Notes: generated by a model not told the origin, from the letters alone. Positions 36,141-50,789 are shown, numbered from the whole stretch's first letter. The stretch is 63,844 bases of DNA, filler included, from Octopus bimaculoides (GCF_001194135.2; 7 parts of 7 records of this genome joined end to end with filler, not necessarily neighbours in it), one strand, 5' to 3'. Translations and numbers: made by a program.

Positions 36141-38959
36141 ATATATATATATATTATATTATGTATATATATATACACACGCATACAAACAATAAATATG
36201 AATATACGTTCACGCACTAATATTATATGTTATTAAATTTAGAAATCTGTTTCACAGAATCAAATTTGCCTTCATACATTGTAACGTATTTCTGCAGAAG
36301 GATGATCGCTTACTTGGCTTCAACCCCTTGTATAATTAATTGCTCGATATATTATAAGAAAAGAAATATTTTGCTACGGAAATTGATACTGTAGTTTATC
36401 CCTCTCGAATGCTGGCTATAGTAAAATGGTTATTATATAGTGAATGACTTATATTATTATTTTTATTGTTTTTAGCTGGAAGAGTCGAGGTTATATTGTG
36501 ATTATGATGCATTTTTATAGTGTGCTTCTTATTGGGAATGCATCTCTGAATTTCTCTTTCTTTACTGATATTCTTTTGCATCTTAATTTCGTCTAGAATT
36601 GTTCAAGTGTTGGAAAGGGAAAGAGAATTTTGCAATTCACGGAATATTGCTTTCTTTCAAAGGCAATTTAATTATGAAACACATTAAAATTTCAAAAGCG
36701 GATACATTCATACACATACGAAACGCACATACACGACCAAGCACAAATACATATAAAAAACTCGCGCGCGCCCCCCCCCCCACACACACACAAACAGGCA
36801 TAACGTACTAGAGCCAATCACTTGCTAACAGCAACAAATCTCTAACGTACAACAAATGTTGATCTTACCTCATTTGCAGAGATCCTCTTCTTTATTAATT
36901 ACGGTAGATTTTAAATAAAAATATGCAAATGTTAATTTACAACGAGAAGAGAAATAATTCGCTGCATCAAATGGATGCTCGTGTATAAAATGTTAATTCG
37001 TTTATTCCAACCTTATTTAACAAATTTCCAGAGTAGAAATGGAAAATATAGGTAGAATAATAGATATCCAAATTACGCACAAGATCTGCTTCGTAAAAAT
37101 TCTTCGGCATTTTGGTAGCAGTTATGTCATCAGCATAGCAAAGTAGGAATAGGTGTTATAATTATTGCCTTAAAAATCTTATAAACTTTTAGATACATAT
37201 TTATATAGGTGCCAAAAGTTTACAAGGGACATGTGGTTGAGAATTTTAATTGTAGTCTGTTTCAGTGAGATCTGTTCTGTATCTTTGTTTTAATGTAATA
37301 AAATCTTTCAAATATTAATGAAACAATATATGTCGTGATAAAATAGGCATTCATATATATTCACAGATAAAAATGCTTTGTGGAAAAACTTGTTAAATGA
37401 ATTTAGTGTTTTAAATTAGAAATGTATGCCCCGGTGAATATTTCGAAAATCGGCGTGGGCGTTGCTGGAAATTTTATCAATTTCTAGATATTTTTGAAGC
37501 GCGGTAACAAATGACGACATAAACAGACGAATATTTGATAATGATATTATATTACCTTTTACTCAAGCTGCAATATTACTGAGAAAAGGTAGAGACAACA
37601 AAGAGAAAAATAATCTTATCATATATATATATATACAACATTCGAAGTTACTTAATTGATTCTGTAATCATGATTAAAAAAAACAAATTGGTGCATATAT
37701 GTATGCTTAGTTTCCATATATGTTTTCGGATGCATATTTGTTTTTATACAACTACAACTAGAATGAACAGTTTTCATATACATATTTTAATTTCGATTTT
37801 ATAAATTTTGTGAGACGTGTATATTTTGGCATAAGAATAATTTCTACATTGAATATATTAATGCTAATACATTAAAAATAATCGACTATGCAATAAAGGA
37901 GTTGGGGAAGAATGTGACTAGAATAAATAATTACAGTGATTATAAAACATTTGAAGGCTTCAAACTTTAATTAAAGGATTAATAACGATAATCTGTTTGA
38001 CGACATTTTGACAACTGTTCTAAACCCATCACGTTAAAATTGCTGAGAATTGCAACATTTAAGGAAACAGCTTTGTATTTCATAAAATTAAAAACAATTA
38101 CTCGCTCAAAAATGTTAAATAAAACGTCTTCCAAAGATTAACATTGAAGTAGACGACCAGCTCACAAACATATTTTTAAGTAAATGGACAATAAAAATAA
38201 TCGAATTCCGCAATAGAAAGATGATATATTTAAAAAGCAAATACAATATAGAAAATCAGCTTAAGTGCAGAAAAGCATTAAATTCGTTTCTTGGATTGTT
38301 AATGAACGTTTATGTTTTTCTCATCTTTTATGCATATTTATAGCGTTTTCATTCTTTGCTCCACAGATACATTGCGAGTATAACTGAACATGTTTCTGTA
38401 CAGGTTTAGTAAACTGCTTATAATTTTGTTTTAAATATCACTTGAAATTAGGAAATAGACATAAACACACAACTACATGTGTGTACATACGTATGTATGT
38501 ATGTATGTATGTATGTATGTATGTATGTATGTATGAATGTATGTAAGGATATACGTACGTGCGTGTGTATGTATGTACGTTCGTATGTGTATACATGTAC
38601 GTACGTATGTATGCATGTGTTACAAAATTGTTAGTGATTTGATGAAACAGTCATCATTTGGGAGTGTAACGCATAGTAATTCTTAGGCTAACTATTTAAA
38701 ACAATTAACTTACTCAATGTGCAAAAGTGCATTTTGCAAGCGCTATATGTATAAGTGAATATATGAGTAGATATATTTATGCACACATACGCACACACAT
38801 GCACGCACACGCGCGCACACGCATACACACACGATTCTTTTGCAACCTTGTCAATTAATGTTGCCTCTATCCACTGTCGGAGCTGCGTTTCCTGTGTCTC
38901 TTCATGCGCATATGTGCATCAATGTACACGTGTGGTTGTTTATGCACACGTGTCATCTT

Positions 38960-39560
38960 AATCGTCATCTTTGAAGTGAGTTTAGGGTCATTATCATGTT
39001 GGAACACAGAATGTCTTCCTAGTTTCTTAATGCTTTTCAACATTGTTTTCTACAATATGTCACAATAAAGCCTTGAATCTATTGTTCTCCCAATAAACGT
39101 GAGCCATTCCATATCAACCGCACTCATGCATCCCCAAATCATAACACATTTGTGTTTCACAGTAGGCACGGTGCATTTGTCGCTATTATCGTCACCTGAA
39201 CGTCGCCGTACTCGTTTAATACCATCTCACTCGAACAAGTTGATTTCAATCTCGTCAGAAGGAAGAAGCTTATTCCAAACCTCCTTGCCCTTACTCACAT
39301 AGGTTTCGACAAAAGAAAGACGACTTGATTTATGCTTGGCACTGGGGAGAGTCTTCCTACAAAGAATGCGTCCATGAAGACCAAATTGGTTGAAACTTCG
39401 GTGAACTGATCAGACGGATGCACTCTTTCCACTAACAGAAGCCACTACTTGAGCCAAAGATGAAGCGATACGACGCCTGTCGTCCATCACGCAACGTTGG
39501 ATTTTGTGACTATCACGCGCAGTTAAAATATTAGGTTGTCTCACAGAAATGTCGCATTTG
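38960..39560 (-). mobile_element. Tc1-like transposase relic
   Basis: SDEIEINLF, PTVKH..VMIWGCMS, VFQHDNDPK. Confidence 0.8.
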
Positions 39561-39609
39561 AAAAAGAAAATATTAAAATGGTTTTCTAAGTTTGGAATAT
39601 ATATTTATT

Positions 39610-40395
39610 TAATGAAACTAGGATCCTTGTTCATTTATGACCTTCATCCAATGTTCCTGTAAGGCATATATTCCATCTTCAAAGAATTTGTCATCTTTTA
39701 CACTGCTAAACTGTTTGAATGTTTCAGTTACCTCTTCTTTATTTAAGAATGCTTTATTGCTTATAGCAAGCTCGAAGTGTTTAGATATGTGATAATCAGT
39801 AGAAGAGATATCAGGAGAATAAGGAAGGTGTACCAAAATTTCATAATTCAGGCTTTGCAACTTGTGGACCATAGCTTGATAAGTGTGAGGCCATTCATTA
39901 TCATGAAGTAAAACTGGGCCATCTCTATTCACTAATCTGGGTTGCTTCGTTTTTAATTTTTCATGCATACAATCTGACAATAGGATGTTGCTGTTAGAGT
40001 TTTTCCTTGTTGCAAAAATGAATAATGAATAACCCCCTTTGCTGACCACCATACAGTGACCATCAACTTTTTAGGGTGCAATGGTACTTTTGGGTAGTGT
40101 TTTGGTGATTCTCCTGCTTGTAACCACTGTCCTGTCCTCCTACTGTTATCAAAGAGTATCTATTTCTCGTCACACAAAATGAGTCGATACAAAAAGGATT
40201 CACATTCCAACCGAGAAATCAACTTGGAATACACTGTAAGGCATCTGTTCCTTTCAATCTCATTAAATTGATGGGGAACAAACCTATCCATCTTTTTGAC
40301 TTGTCCAATTTTCTTCAAGTTTCGAGAAGCAATTGCGGAAGATATCTGGAGCTCTGATCCGAATTTTCGGACCGTTGTTCTCAGATTTCGTTTAA
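39610..40395 (-). mobile_element. Mariner transposase relic (D,D34D type)
   Basis: FVPHQF, ILCDEK, LLHDNEWPH, HLPYSPDISSTDYH. Confidence 0.9.
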
Positions 40396-40865
40396 CCAAA
40401 ACATTCAATCACCTCTGCCAGCTCGCCGCCTTCATAATTTACTTTTGGTGCCCTTTTAATCATAATGAAGAAGATTTTCACCACAGTACACAAATCAGAA
40501 TTCCTGCATATACAATAACAATGACCGGTACAAAATGCCTGGAGAAATAATTTATTAGGATTGAAATAATCAGCAATATCTGAATTTAGTAAAAAAAAAA
40601 AGTGGATAAAATATTGAATATATCAAATTTCCTTTAGGGTTTACACATTTTTCTAACGTTCGAAAATTAATATTTCATTCATATCTTTGAAAATGTTTAT
40701 TATTTTTTTGTTCTAAACTTGTATAATTCTTGCATGTATATATTTTATTCAATATAAACTTCGCTTGATTTCCTTTGGTATTATCAGAGTAATGGAAACG
40801 GGTCTGCACAATTCTGTGGGATATTGTAAATATATAAATACACACATACACAGACAGACAGACAG

Positions 40866-40958
<93 letters not shown>

Positions 40959-41453
40959 AATATACACATGTGTCCTTGTATGCATATGTGTGTGTGCTTT
41001 TGTATTACTCTTTCACCGCATTACAGCAAATATTGCCTTGGTTTCTCTCCCATCACGTAGTATTCCCAACAGAAGAAGCACTGGGTTTGATTTCACCAAT
41101 TAAACCATTCTGTTTAAGGTGGACTCACATTGTAGCTGCAGTGGAATCTGTGAGATACATGATAGAGCGTAGTGAAGAAGTTCTTGCTACAAACGTATCG
41201 CCGACTTTCAGGCAATCAAAATCAAAACGATAAAGAATAGCGCCTAACTTAGAAACCGGTCTAATGATAGAAAGTGTCACATCGTTAACCGCATTTGCAA
41301 ATCCCGGATATGCGTGAAGTCTCACTTGAGACCCCACGGCAAAACAGCTAAGATAACTGCTTCTCTATCGTATTCGCCCAATAAGGATAATAGTACTAAT
41401 GCCGCTAAGCCTTTTCCTGGAGTGCTAACCGCCTCTGCCAGCTCGCCGCCTTC

Positions 41454-41517
<64 letters not shown>

Positions 41518-41544
41518 TTTCTTTATCAACTACAAGGGTTTACA

Positions 41545-44500
41545 CTAAGAAAAAACATTTAGAATACTACAGGACAAAATAAATAATGTGAGTGTGTGTT
41601 GCTGTGACGGTTTACGAGGAAACAAAAAGAAAACAAAAACAAATTCAACATTATACATTCCTCAATAGGGAGGAGACATTCGAGTGCAGCTCGTGGAAAA
41701 CTCCCATAAAAACCATGAATTTTAGAGCAGGTACCTCTTTTCCTTTCCTTTCGTCCAACTACAAGCGCATGCTCAGGGCAGGCCCGTTTACTCGCATCAT
41801 TTTTGCCACTTTCATCCACCTTTCAGCAAACTGGCTAGAAGACAACACTTTCCTCTCTACTCTTATCTTCCTTTTGAATTGAAACTTAACGAAGATGATC
41901 AAGGATTAGCGAAAGAGAGAAGTGTTTGTCTTCAGCCCCTTCACTCGCCCACCATACAACTTCTTTCGCCATGGCCACCAGTCTTTCCTTCCCAGTTAAA
42001 GGCGGCGGGGAGATCTTCACGAAGGATTCAGTTGATAGCTGAATCCATCCTACACACAACAGTGAGTGTTCGATATAAATCCGCAGGTGGGTAAGGCCCG
42101 GGTACTGTAAGAGTGAACGCATGGCTGCATCGTCGTCCTGCGTGCATCGAGGACATGCTCGGCAGACGGCACCTCCGTGCCTGAAAAAGTTTATCTCGAA
42201 CAGGCGATGCCCTCCAGAGATTTTGGGAAATTATCCATCGGTTCCGGGCCGAAAGTTTTTCGAAAAAGTGCGGCTAGCTGATCTTCTTCGACGTCCAAGG
42301 TCTCCATAAGAACGTCGTTGCACCTTACCTCCACCAATCCTCTATAAAACGCTAAAGTGGACGTTTCGCTTATCGCAGTGTCCGATTCGCTGAGGGTTTG
42401 AGCACTTGAAGACATTCCACTTTCCAGATGCCCTCTCTCAGTCTCTGTTTTACCCAGGACTGCAGCTATGTCAAAGAAACTAGCTGCGGAACGGCGACTA
42501 CACCTGTTCATCTTCAGGGAAGTATTAGAGATGTCGTAGACTTAGCGCGTGTCTGCACATCATCAGTCACGGCATGCCCAGGCCACCACGCAGCGAATGT
42601 TCACAGCAGATAGACTACCTGACCTTTCGGAGGCATCCCTTCTACAAGAAGTGGAAGAGTATACGCTCCAAAGTAACCAGACGGTGGCCGAGATAAGGCA
42701 CGACGCTCAAGCGATACTAGTTGACCACCTGATGTACGCGTTAGCCACCTCTGCACCACTTTCACGGCCATTTTAGTGTGAGAGTCGTCGCTCTGTTCGT
42801 TACCTCATCCGAATTTTTGTTCATCTGGATGTCTGGACCATACCAGAACCCTAGCAATTTAACCTATCCGTCCGTCCAGTTGGATGGCATAGACTTGCTT
42901 CTGCAGGTGCCGGAGCTCAAGCCCACTGATATTCCTGGTTAATCGTCGCTCCTGAAACCACATCGTAGTCCCGGAGAGTGATGCCGATCCTTTCCATGTG
43001 TTTATGCTCCGACACCACTAGGGTAGCATCGTCAGTATATGCTGACACGTATCTCTCACATCCTAAGGTCACGTGGGATGCCTCCCACTGCCTGTTGTTT
43101 GTGTAGTAGTGGCTCGAGAGTCAGTACATACAAGAGAGACGGGAGGGTGCATCCTTACCGGATCGAGCGCATCATGTTGAATGGTTCCGATATGTGACCG
43201 TTCACTCTCACCGCTGAAGAGATGTCGCTGTGCATTGCAGTGATCGAGCTGCTGAATAGAGGCCCGAAAGCAGCTGTTTTGAGGACCGCCGCCAGGTATA
43301 GATAGTCGCCCCTATCGAAAGCTTTACACTGTTGTAAATTGATAAGTGACCCACCCGTGCCAGGTTCTTCAGCCACTTTCTCAATGATGTATCGCGTGAG
43401 GTGTAGGTTGTCGTAGATGTATCTTCTCGGGGTGGCACATGTCTGAGCCTCCCCTACCAGATACCCGACGAAAAGCGCCAGCCTCGTAGCTAACAGCTTG
43501 GTGAAACTTTTTATCTCTTTCAATACAATCCCCTTGTTCGCGTCTTTTCTCATCAACGTCACCACTCCTTGGTTCACAAAACAGAATTTCTCTATTCTGT
43601 TGCCAAATGCAGTAAACAAGTCTGGCATGTAAGCGAGCGTAAAGCGTGTAGCATAGACCATCCAAGCCAAATGATTTACCCCTCATGCAGCTAGCCTTTA
43701 CTTCCCGTATTTCAAAGACTGTCATCGGTCTATCGCAGCGCTCCACCTTCGCCGCAGACAGCTGCGGCAGCCCATGAATGTGGGACGTGAAATCCATCTT
43801 GCGACCCCGCTTACCGCAAATCCCGAACAGTTGACCGAAGAGCCGCTGAAAAGCCGCACACATCCGTTCCGGAACAATTATCATTTGTGCGTCGTGGTCT
43901 TGCAAGTAACAGATCGTGGGTTTATTGTCACGCTGTGCTTCTGTCACTCGGGCCCATTGAACAGCTTTCATCCTTCCGTGTCTAAGTGCACGTGCCTTAC
44001 GTCTCAAAACGTAACTTTCATGTTTCACGTTGAAGAATTGGTCAAGTGCTAATCTCACTGCGAGCACGTCCATCGCAATGCCTTTTCTAAAATCCTCGTG
44101 TTTGCGCATGCAACGCAGTGTTCAGCTTACAGTAACTGAGTCCCTGTCTATGTAACATATCTAAGTCGACTGTACATATCACGAATTTGTGGCCAGTGTA
44201 GTTGACTATTTTAAATTCCGGATAACCTATGCTATCCTACAGAATACCCTATCTAGATACGATCTGGATGACCCGATGCGGTTTGAACAGGTCCTCACTA
44301 GCACATCAGGGAAATCCAGTCGATACCTGTCAGACAGCAGTCGTAATCGTCTGAGCAGCTTTGCACCCTCCTCCCCAATGTGCTAAACCCACACAGTCTC
44401 ACTTTACATCTAAAACTCCATTCCAACACCCACTAACACTGAAGGGCGGGACGTTCCTAGGAAAGTCTCTCGACGTCTGACGAAAGTCGGTCGTCCTCCA

Positions 44501-44800
44501 ACTGTCGGGGCATCGACGGCAGCTAGCCTGAAAGTATGTCCTTCGTTACCGGTCACGTCCAGCACCTCCGACTTACCTTCCGGATCCAGGAAGATCGTTC
44601 GTATTGCAAGATGCAGATCTTTCCTAACCGTCAAGGCGATTCCCCTTCCCGCTGCCAGGCGACTCGGAGATGCATACACCTCGTAGTCGGTGAAAATGGG
44701 TTGGAATTTCCGAGAGTCGAAAATTCTGGTTTCACTAATGGCCACCACATAGACATTCAATTCCCTCAGATTTTAAAGTTTTTGTGTGCCTGTGTGCGTG
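41545..44800 (-). mobile_element. Tx1/L1-clade LINE ORF2 relic, related to the 18-21 kb element
   Basis: EN (VVAISET, IFLDPEG, FLGTSRP), linker, RT fragments (GKSFGLDG, YDNLHL, KAFDRGD) and a 3' region similar to 20.6-20.8 kb; many frameshifts. Confidence 0.85.
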
Positions 44801-45299
44801 CGCGCGCGCGTGGCTTGTGCTGTTTGAACGATTTGCGTTGTACGCAGGTAGGGAGAATGCGGGTGTGACAAAATCTTCTGGTGATTTTTGTGTGTGTTAT
44901 GTACTTCGTCAGTTCATTGTTTTTTTTGTGCTTATTGTCATGTAATTTGAAATTCTGATCTCTTTACTATGTCTTTGTTGTTGTTGCTCTTGCGGTTGTG
45001 ATTGTTATTATTGTTGTGGTTGAGTGTGTGGATGGTTTGTGTTTGTTCTGTTGTTGGTTGTGATTGAGTATCAGGTGTTAGAGATGGTAGTGTCGATGTG
45101 TCTCTTTTGGGTGTATTATTTTTGTTTTTTTTTGCTGGTTTTATTCTTTTCCCTCTCTACTGCTTGTGTGGATGAGGATTGGTAAATAAGCAATAGTAGG
45201 CCTTGAAACGTACCTTAATACAACAATTGGTGTGCTTTCTCGAACTGCACTGAAGCATGAAGATTCCAAGCAAGCTTTAGTCATGAAGCTTAGTAAGAT

Positions 45300-46198
45300 A
45301 TTAAAAAATATCTTGGCTTACAAGTTAACAATAAGAATGACCTAAGACGCTCAAATACTGACATATCTACCTTTGCCTCTCCTGATTTAGAAATTCACAA
45401 TTACAAAACCAACGAGAACCGAGTAGTGACAAACTTATCACTGACACAAAAAACATCAAACAAAAAGCAAAGAAGGCTTGTATGAATAATATCGAAGACA
45501 ACTGGAAAGGCAAACTCCTGCATGGAAAATACTCCAACCGCCTGTCTATGCCAGATATTCATCAAAATCCAACACACAAATGGCTACACGGGAGAGGTCT
45601 GAAAGGGGAAACAGAAGGCTTTGTTATTACAGCGCAAGATCATAGCTTACCTACCAGAAACTACCATGCAAACTTCCTTAAAGATGGATCTGATCCCTCG
45701 TGCAGAATTTGCGGAAAATTCACAGAGACGATTGATAATGTTGTTTGTGGCTGCTCGGTCATCGCTGAGAAGGAGTACCTCATAAAAGATGACAGACTAG
45801 GGCAGTACATCTACTGGAATGCTTGCAAATTCTACAAAATGAAATCCCATGATAAATGGCACAGGCATCATCCAGAGGTTGTAGTAAACGGCGAGGCCGT
45901 CACCATCCTTTGGAAATTCCCAACACAAACAGACAGAAAAATTGTCTCCAGTCGACCAACCAATGTGATCAGGGATTACAACAGAGGAACTTGTCTGTTA
46001 ATAGATATGTCTGTCCCACGAGATCAAAATGTCTCAAGAAAAGAATAGGAAAAGCGTTCTCACTATAAAGATCTGCAAACTGAAATCACAAAAATCTGGA
46101 CGCTTAGTACGACGATAATACCAGTAGTAATTTGTGTGGTGGGGATGATAAAGAAGGAAGCTAAGACGTATATTAAGCAACTCCCTGATAACTTCAGT
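45300..46198 (+). mobile_element. R4/Dong-like non-LTR fragment (zinc knuckle plus RLE)
   Basis: LKGETEGFVITAQD..L.TRNY, CRICG..E...VVCGC, LLIDMSVP. Confidence 0.85.
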
Positions 46199-47478
46199 CT
46201 GGGCATGCTATATTTATGATCCAGCATAGTTTGCTTTCTTTCTCAATTAAGACTATGTCTGGTTTCCTATTCTCTATCTCATAGTCGCATAGGATTTTGC
46301 ATTTGTATTTCCATATTCGACGATACCTTCGGGTTTGTGGCTGTACCAATTTTTGTCCTCTGTCAAGTCCATAATTGTTACATAGTGTCCAATGGACAAG
46401 CCTGGCTACGTTGTCGTGGCGTCTCTTATATTCCTTCTGGGCTAGAGGCGTAAATTGGCTGGTAATATGCCATACGGGTTCGCCGTTTTATCCACAGATT
46501 CTGCACTTATCACTTTCTGCTGTGTTGTCTATTCTGTATTTTATGTAATTTGTTCTTAGTGCTTGCTCTTGGGCAGCACAGGTTAGAGACTCCCTTTCCG
46601 GTTTTAAATCACTTTTAGTCATCCACAGCCATCTTTTTTCTCTGTCTGTCTTATTTTCAATATCCCTATGAAATTGACCTTGGCATTCTTTTTTTACGTA
46701 CCTATTTTCAGGTTCATTCGTTTTCAATTTCTTGTATAGTGCTTTATCTTTGCAATCTTTCAACCTACACAAGCCTGACCTTCTTACTTCTAATAATAGC
46801 GGTTCTGTGGCATTGTTTACATACCATAGTATGTTCTTTACTTCTGCTCTAATGCTGTTTTCGCATCCAATAACTCCTCTTCTCCCGCCTTTTTCATGGA
46901 AGATACAGTCTCTCTGTGTCACTTTTTGGATGGAGTGACGCATATCTAGTTAGCAACTTCCATGTCTTTCTGTCTAAGCTGTTTAGTTCGTCTACTGTCC
47001 ATACGATTACCTCTACTCAATATCTAAGGAGTGAAACCGCCCTGGTGTTGATAGCTTCGATCTTATTCCGTCCGTTTAATTTCTACTTAAGAATCAGTCT
47101 TAAAGTTTGAGGTCATCCGTGAATAATAAATGGTTGACTTTTTGTTCGTGGCTTTTAAATACATACCCAGCTTTTGCTTTCCTCAGTATCAGTGTTAGTG
47201 ATATCAAGCACCGTACAGAGATCAGTGGGGACAGGCAGTCCCCTTGGAAGATGCCCCTCCTAATTTCTACTGTCCCTAAAATTCTTCCGTATGCTATCAG
47301 GTCCGTCTTCCAATTCGCTCAACATTCGATGCAATACCAAATAGGTTCATACACTCCATAATCCAAGAATGTGGGGTCATATCGTACGCCTTACGATAGT
47401 CGATCTATGACATGGCTAAGTTACTTTTCCTTCTCATACATTTTCTCAGTACAATTTTGTCTATCAGGAGGTGACAAA
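46199..47478 (-). mobile_element. R4/Dong-like non-LTR fragment (RT to the start of RLE), same family as 13231-13995
   Basis: RRGIFQGDCLSPL, NHLLFTDDL, CAAQEQALRTNY...CRICG; shares gaaagcaaactatg.tggatcat...gcatgcccag with the 13.5 kb copy. Confidence 0.88.
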
Positions 47479-47497
47479 TTATTATTATTATTATTGT

Positions 47498-47833
47498 TCA
47501 GTAGTTTTATTTTTATAACGTGCTTTCACTTCACTACCGAGCGCAGCTCTGTGCGCATTGGGTATGTGCTGTGGTTTGCTATGGTGCTCTTATGGTTACT
47601 GAATTGAAAGTGTTTTGCGTAGGATGTGTGCAGTGCCCAGTAGTGCAATTTTCTGTATGTTATATATATTTGTAAGTCCTGGTGTTTTTGTTATGTATTT
47701 GTCTGAATATTTTTTTATTATACCTAAGGCACCTACTATGATAGGAATTGTTTCTATTTTTAGATTCCACATTCGAGTTACCTCTATTTCCAGGTCTTTG
47801 TATTTTGAAAGTTTTTCCGGTTCTTTTAGAGAA
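47498..47833 (-). mobile_element. R4/Dong-like non-LTR 3' end with (AAT)n tail
   Basis: KYKDLEIEVTRMW...IPIIVGALG...IQKIALLGTAHILRK, then 3' UTR and an AAT tract at about 47478-47497. Confidence 0.88.
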
Positions 47834-48128
47834 NNNNNNNNNNNNNNNNNNNNNNNNNNNNNNNNNNNNNNNNNNNNTTAATTAATTAANNNNNNNNNNN
47901 NNNNNNNNNNNNNNNNNNNNNNNNNNNNNNNNNCATTTCAATATGTCCTCTAGATCTAAAGGAGTGGGAAACGGTCTAAAGAAAAGAAACAATAAACATT
48001 ACAACGCAAAATACAAATAGAAATCAAATAGAAAACAAAATTTATTGAACATATATATAGAGAGGTACACTTTGTTAAAAAAAAATATCACATTTTAACA
48101 CGTGAAAATATAAATCTACACGAAACAA

Positions 48129-48230
48129 GTGGCACTCCGTCGGTTACGACGACGAGGGTCTCAGCTGATCCGATCAACGGAACAGCTTGCTCGTGAAATT
48201 AACGTGCATGTGTCTGAGCGCTCCACAGAT
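48129..48230 (-). mobile_element. SINE family B, 3' fragment
   Basis: ggcactccgtcggttacgacgacgaggg...ctcgtgaaattaacgtg. Confidence 0.75.
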
Positions 48231-48769
48231 AGGCAGTTCCCATGCAGATTCAGGGACATTTGCTCCAGTTGACTCAGCTGTAAAAATGAGTTGCGAGTTC
48301 ACTGGTGCCAAACTCTATCTACGTTTGACTTTCTTTTGGATAACATCCGCGTCGTGGAGAGGGGAATCTGGTATGCATGGGCAACTACAGGTCTTCCATA
48401 AGCACCCTTACCCGGACTTGTGCCTCGGAGGAGAACTTTCTAGGTGCGATGCCATGGTAATTCATGGCTGAAAGGGGCCACCCAATATCATTTAATTATA
48501 AAATTATGATGGTATTAAAATAAATATATCAAATAGCTATGAGGGTTCACCCGAGTTAAAATATTCTCGATCTTGCAACAATTCCGTAAATGGAAGATGA
48601 ATACCTGTGGTGTACTAGAATCGTTGCTGCAGATTCTACTGCAATGCTTTCTAAAAAAATACAGCTCAGACAAGAAATCATAAAATATATTGAAGAATAT
48701 TTTCATTGTCACAAATCAAATATTTATCGCAAACACTTGTTGTGAACAGTGTTCTATTAAAGAGGGAGA

Positions 48770-48878
48770 AAGAAGGAGGGAGAGGAAGAGGGAGAGAGAG
48801 AGAGAGAGAGAGAAATTGTGAAATAAAGAGTGTGAGAGATAAAGATAGAGAAATAGAAAGTGAAAGAGGGTGAGAAAG

Positions 48879-48909
<31 letters not shown>

Positions 48910-49070
48910 TGTTTGGAAATGAAGAGATTAAGAGAGAAGACTGAGATAGATAGGTAGGTAGATAAATAGACAGAGAGAGAGAGGAAGGGGAGAGAAGTAG
49001 AGAGAAACATACTGAGGTAAAGATCAGTGTAGAGAGAGGTAAAGAGAAAGAAAAAGAAAGAGATAAAGAT

Positions 49071-49118
<48 letters not shown>

Positions 49119-49212
49119 GGAGTAGAGTAGAGGTTGAGAGGGAAAGAAAAAGAGACAAGGAGAGATAGAAGTAGATAGAGAAAGAGAGAGGCAGAGAGAG
49201 ATAGACACATAG

Positions 49213-49252
<40 letters not shown>

Positions 49253-49923
49253 CGGGAGAGAGAGAGAGAGAGAGGGAGGGAAAGAAAAACAAACAAACAA
49301 ATCTATCGTCTGCAATTTTCTAACCAGTTTGTTTGCCTCCATTTTCTCTCTCTCTTCTCCGCCTCCTGTGCCCCCACCGCTTCNNNNNNNNNNNNNNNNN
49401 NNNNNNNNNNNNNNNNNNNNNNNNNNNNNNNNNNNNNNNNNNNNNNNNNNNNNNNNNNNNNNNNNNNNNNNNNNNNNNNNNNNNNNNNNNNNNNNNNNNN
49501 NNNNNNNNNNNNNNNNNNNNNNNNNNNNNNNNNNNNNNNNNNNNNNNNNNNNNNNNNNNNNNNNNNNNNNNNNNNNNNNNNNNNNNNNNNNNNNNNNNNN
49601 NNNNNNNNNNNNNNNNNNNNNNNNNNNNNNNNNNNNNNNNNNNNNNNNNNNNNNNNNNNNNNNNNNNNNNNNNNNNNNNNNNNNNNNNNNNNNNNNNNNN
49701 NNNNNNNNNNNNNNNNNNNNNNNNNNNNNNNNNNNNNNNNNNNNNNNNNNNNNNNNNNNNNNNNNNNNNNNNNNNNNNNNNNNNNNNNNNNNNNNNNNNN
49801 NNNNNNNNNNNNNNNNNNNNNNNNNNNNNNNNNNNNNNNNNNNNNNNNNNNNNNNNNNNNNNNNNNNNNNNNNNNNNNNNNNNNNNNNNNNNNNNNNNNN
49901 NNNNNNNNNNNNNNNNNNNCACC

Positions 49924-49972
<49 letters not shown>

Positions 49973-50003
49973 TCACCACTACCACCACCGCGACCGCCAC
50001 CAC

Positions 50004-50062
<59 letters not shown>

Positions 50063-50530
50063 GCGTGCCACTAAAAAAATCCATCACTTAGCAAAAAGAA
50101 GGAAAACAAAAACAAAAAAGCACGAGTGACCATATGTTTATTGGTACTTTTAAGAGAATCACTTTGTGCTCTTCAATCCCCGCTTCCGGTGTTGTTGTTC
50201 TTCTTGTTGTTTCTGTTGATGTTGCTCGCATTTTTGCTGCTGTTGATATTGTTGTTGTCGTTTCTGGTACTCTTGTTTTTGCTATTGTATTGCCTAATGT
50301 CGTCGTCGTTGTTGTTGTTGTTGGTGATTTCGTTGTTGCTTTTTTTTTGTTGGCGTTATTGCTTATGCTTTTGTCGGTCCACGCGTTTTTATATTTTCGC
50401 TGCGGATAGTGTTGTTGCTCTTTGCGATTGTTTTGGTGTTGTGCCGCCATTGTTGTTGTCAATATTTGTTCTGTTGCTGCCGCTCTTGTTATTATTGTTG
50501 TTGGTAGTAGTATTATTACCGTGTCCTTTT
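48770..50530. repeat. Compound GA/GATA/ACT/GTT microsatellite and low-complexity region with an N-gap
   Basis: Direct reading; explains the poly-L/S/T/V ORFs. Confidence 0.93.
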
Positions 50531-50789
50531 TTTTATGGCAATGCCGTCTTTATTCCTCGCCTATTGAATAATTTCTTTTCCATTACGCTACATTCACGGC
50601 TTCACTACCATGACACCACTAACAAATGGCCATGTTGACACGTGATTGCACTAGCATAAGCCCACATTAGCATACGACCACACTAACATTTCAACACAGT
50701 CACAAACGAACATCCACATCGTTATACTAACACATGATGATATACACACATGCACACACCTCTCTCTGTGATTGTTCAGTTTTATTTCA

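Noticed and set aside
44790-44825. Plus-strand CVRARGL next to the minus-strand Tx1 endonuclease, suggesting a twin-priming inversion
   Set aside because: The 12-nt match lies in a GT/GC microsatellite-like run and does not extend; it cannot be distinguished from chance.
50088-50638. Hydrophobic, membrane-protein-like ORFs
   Set aside because: They derive from an imperfect (GTT)n low-complexity tract and show no domain motifs or splice support.
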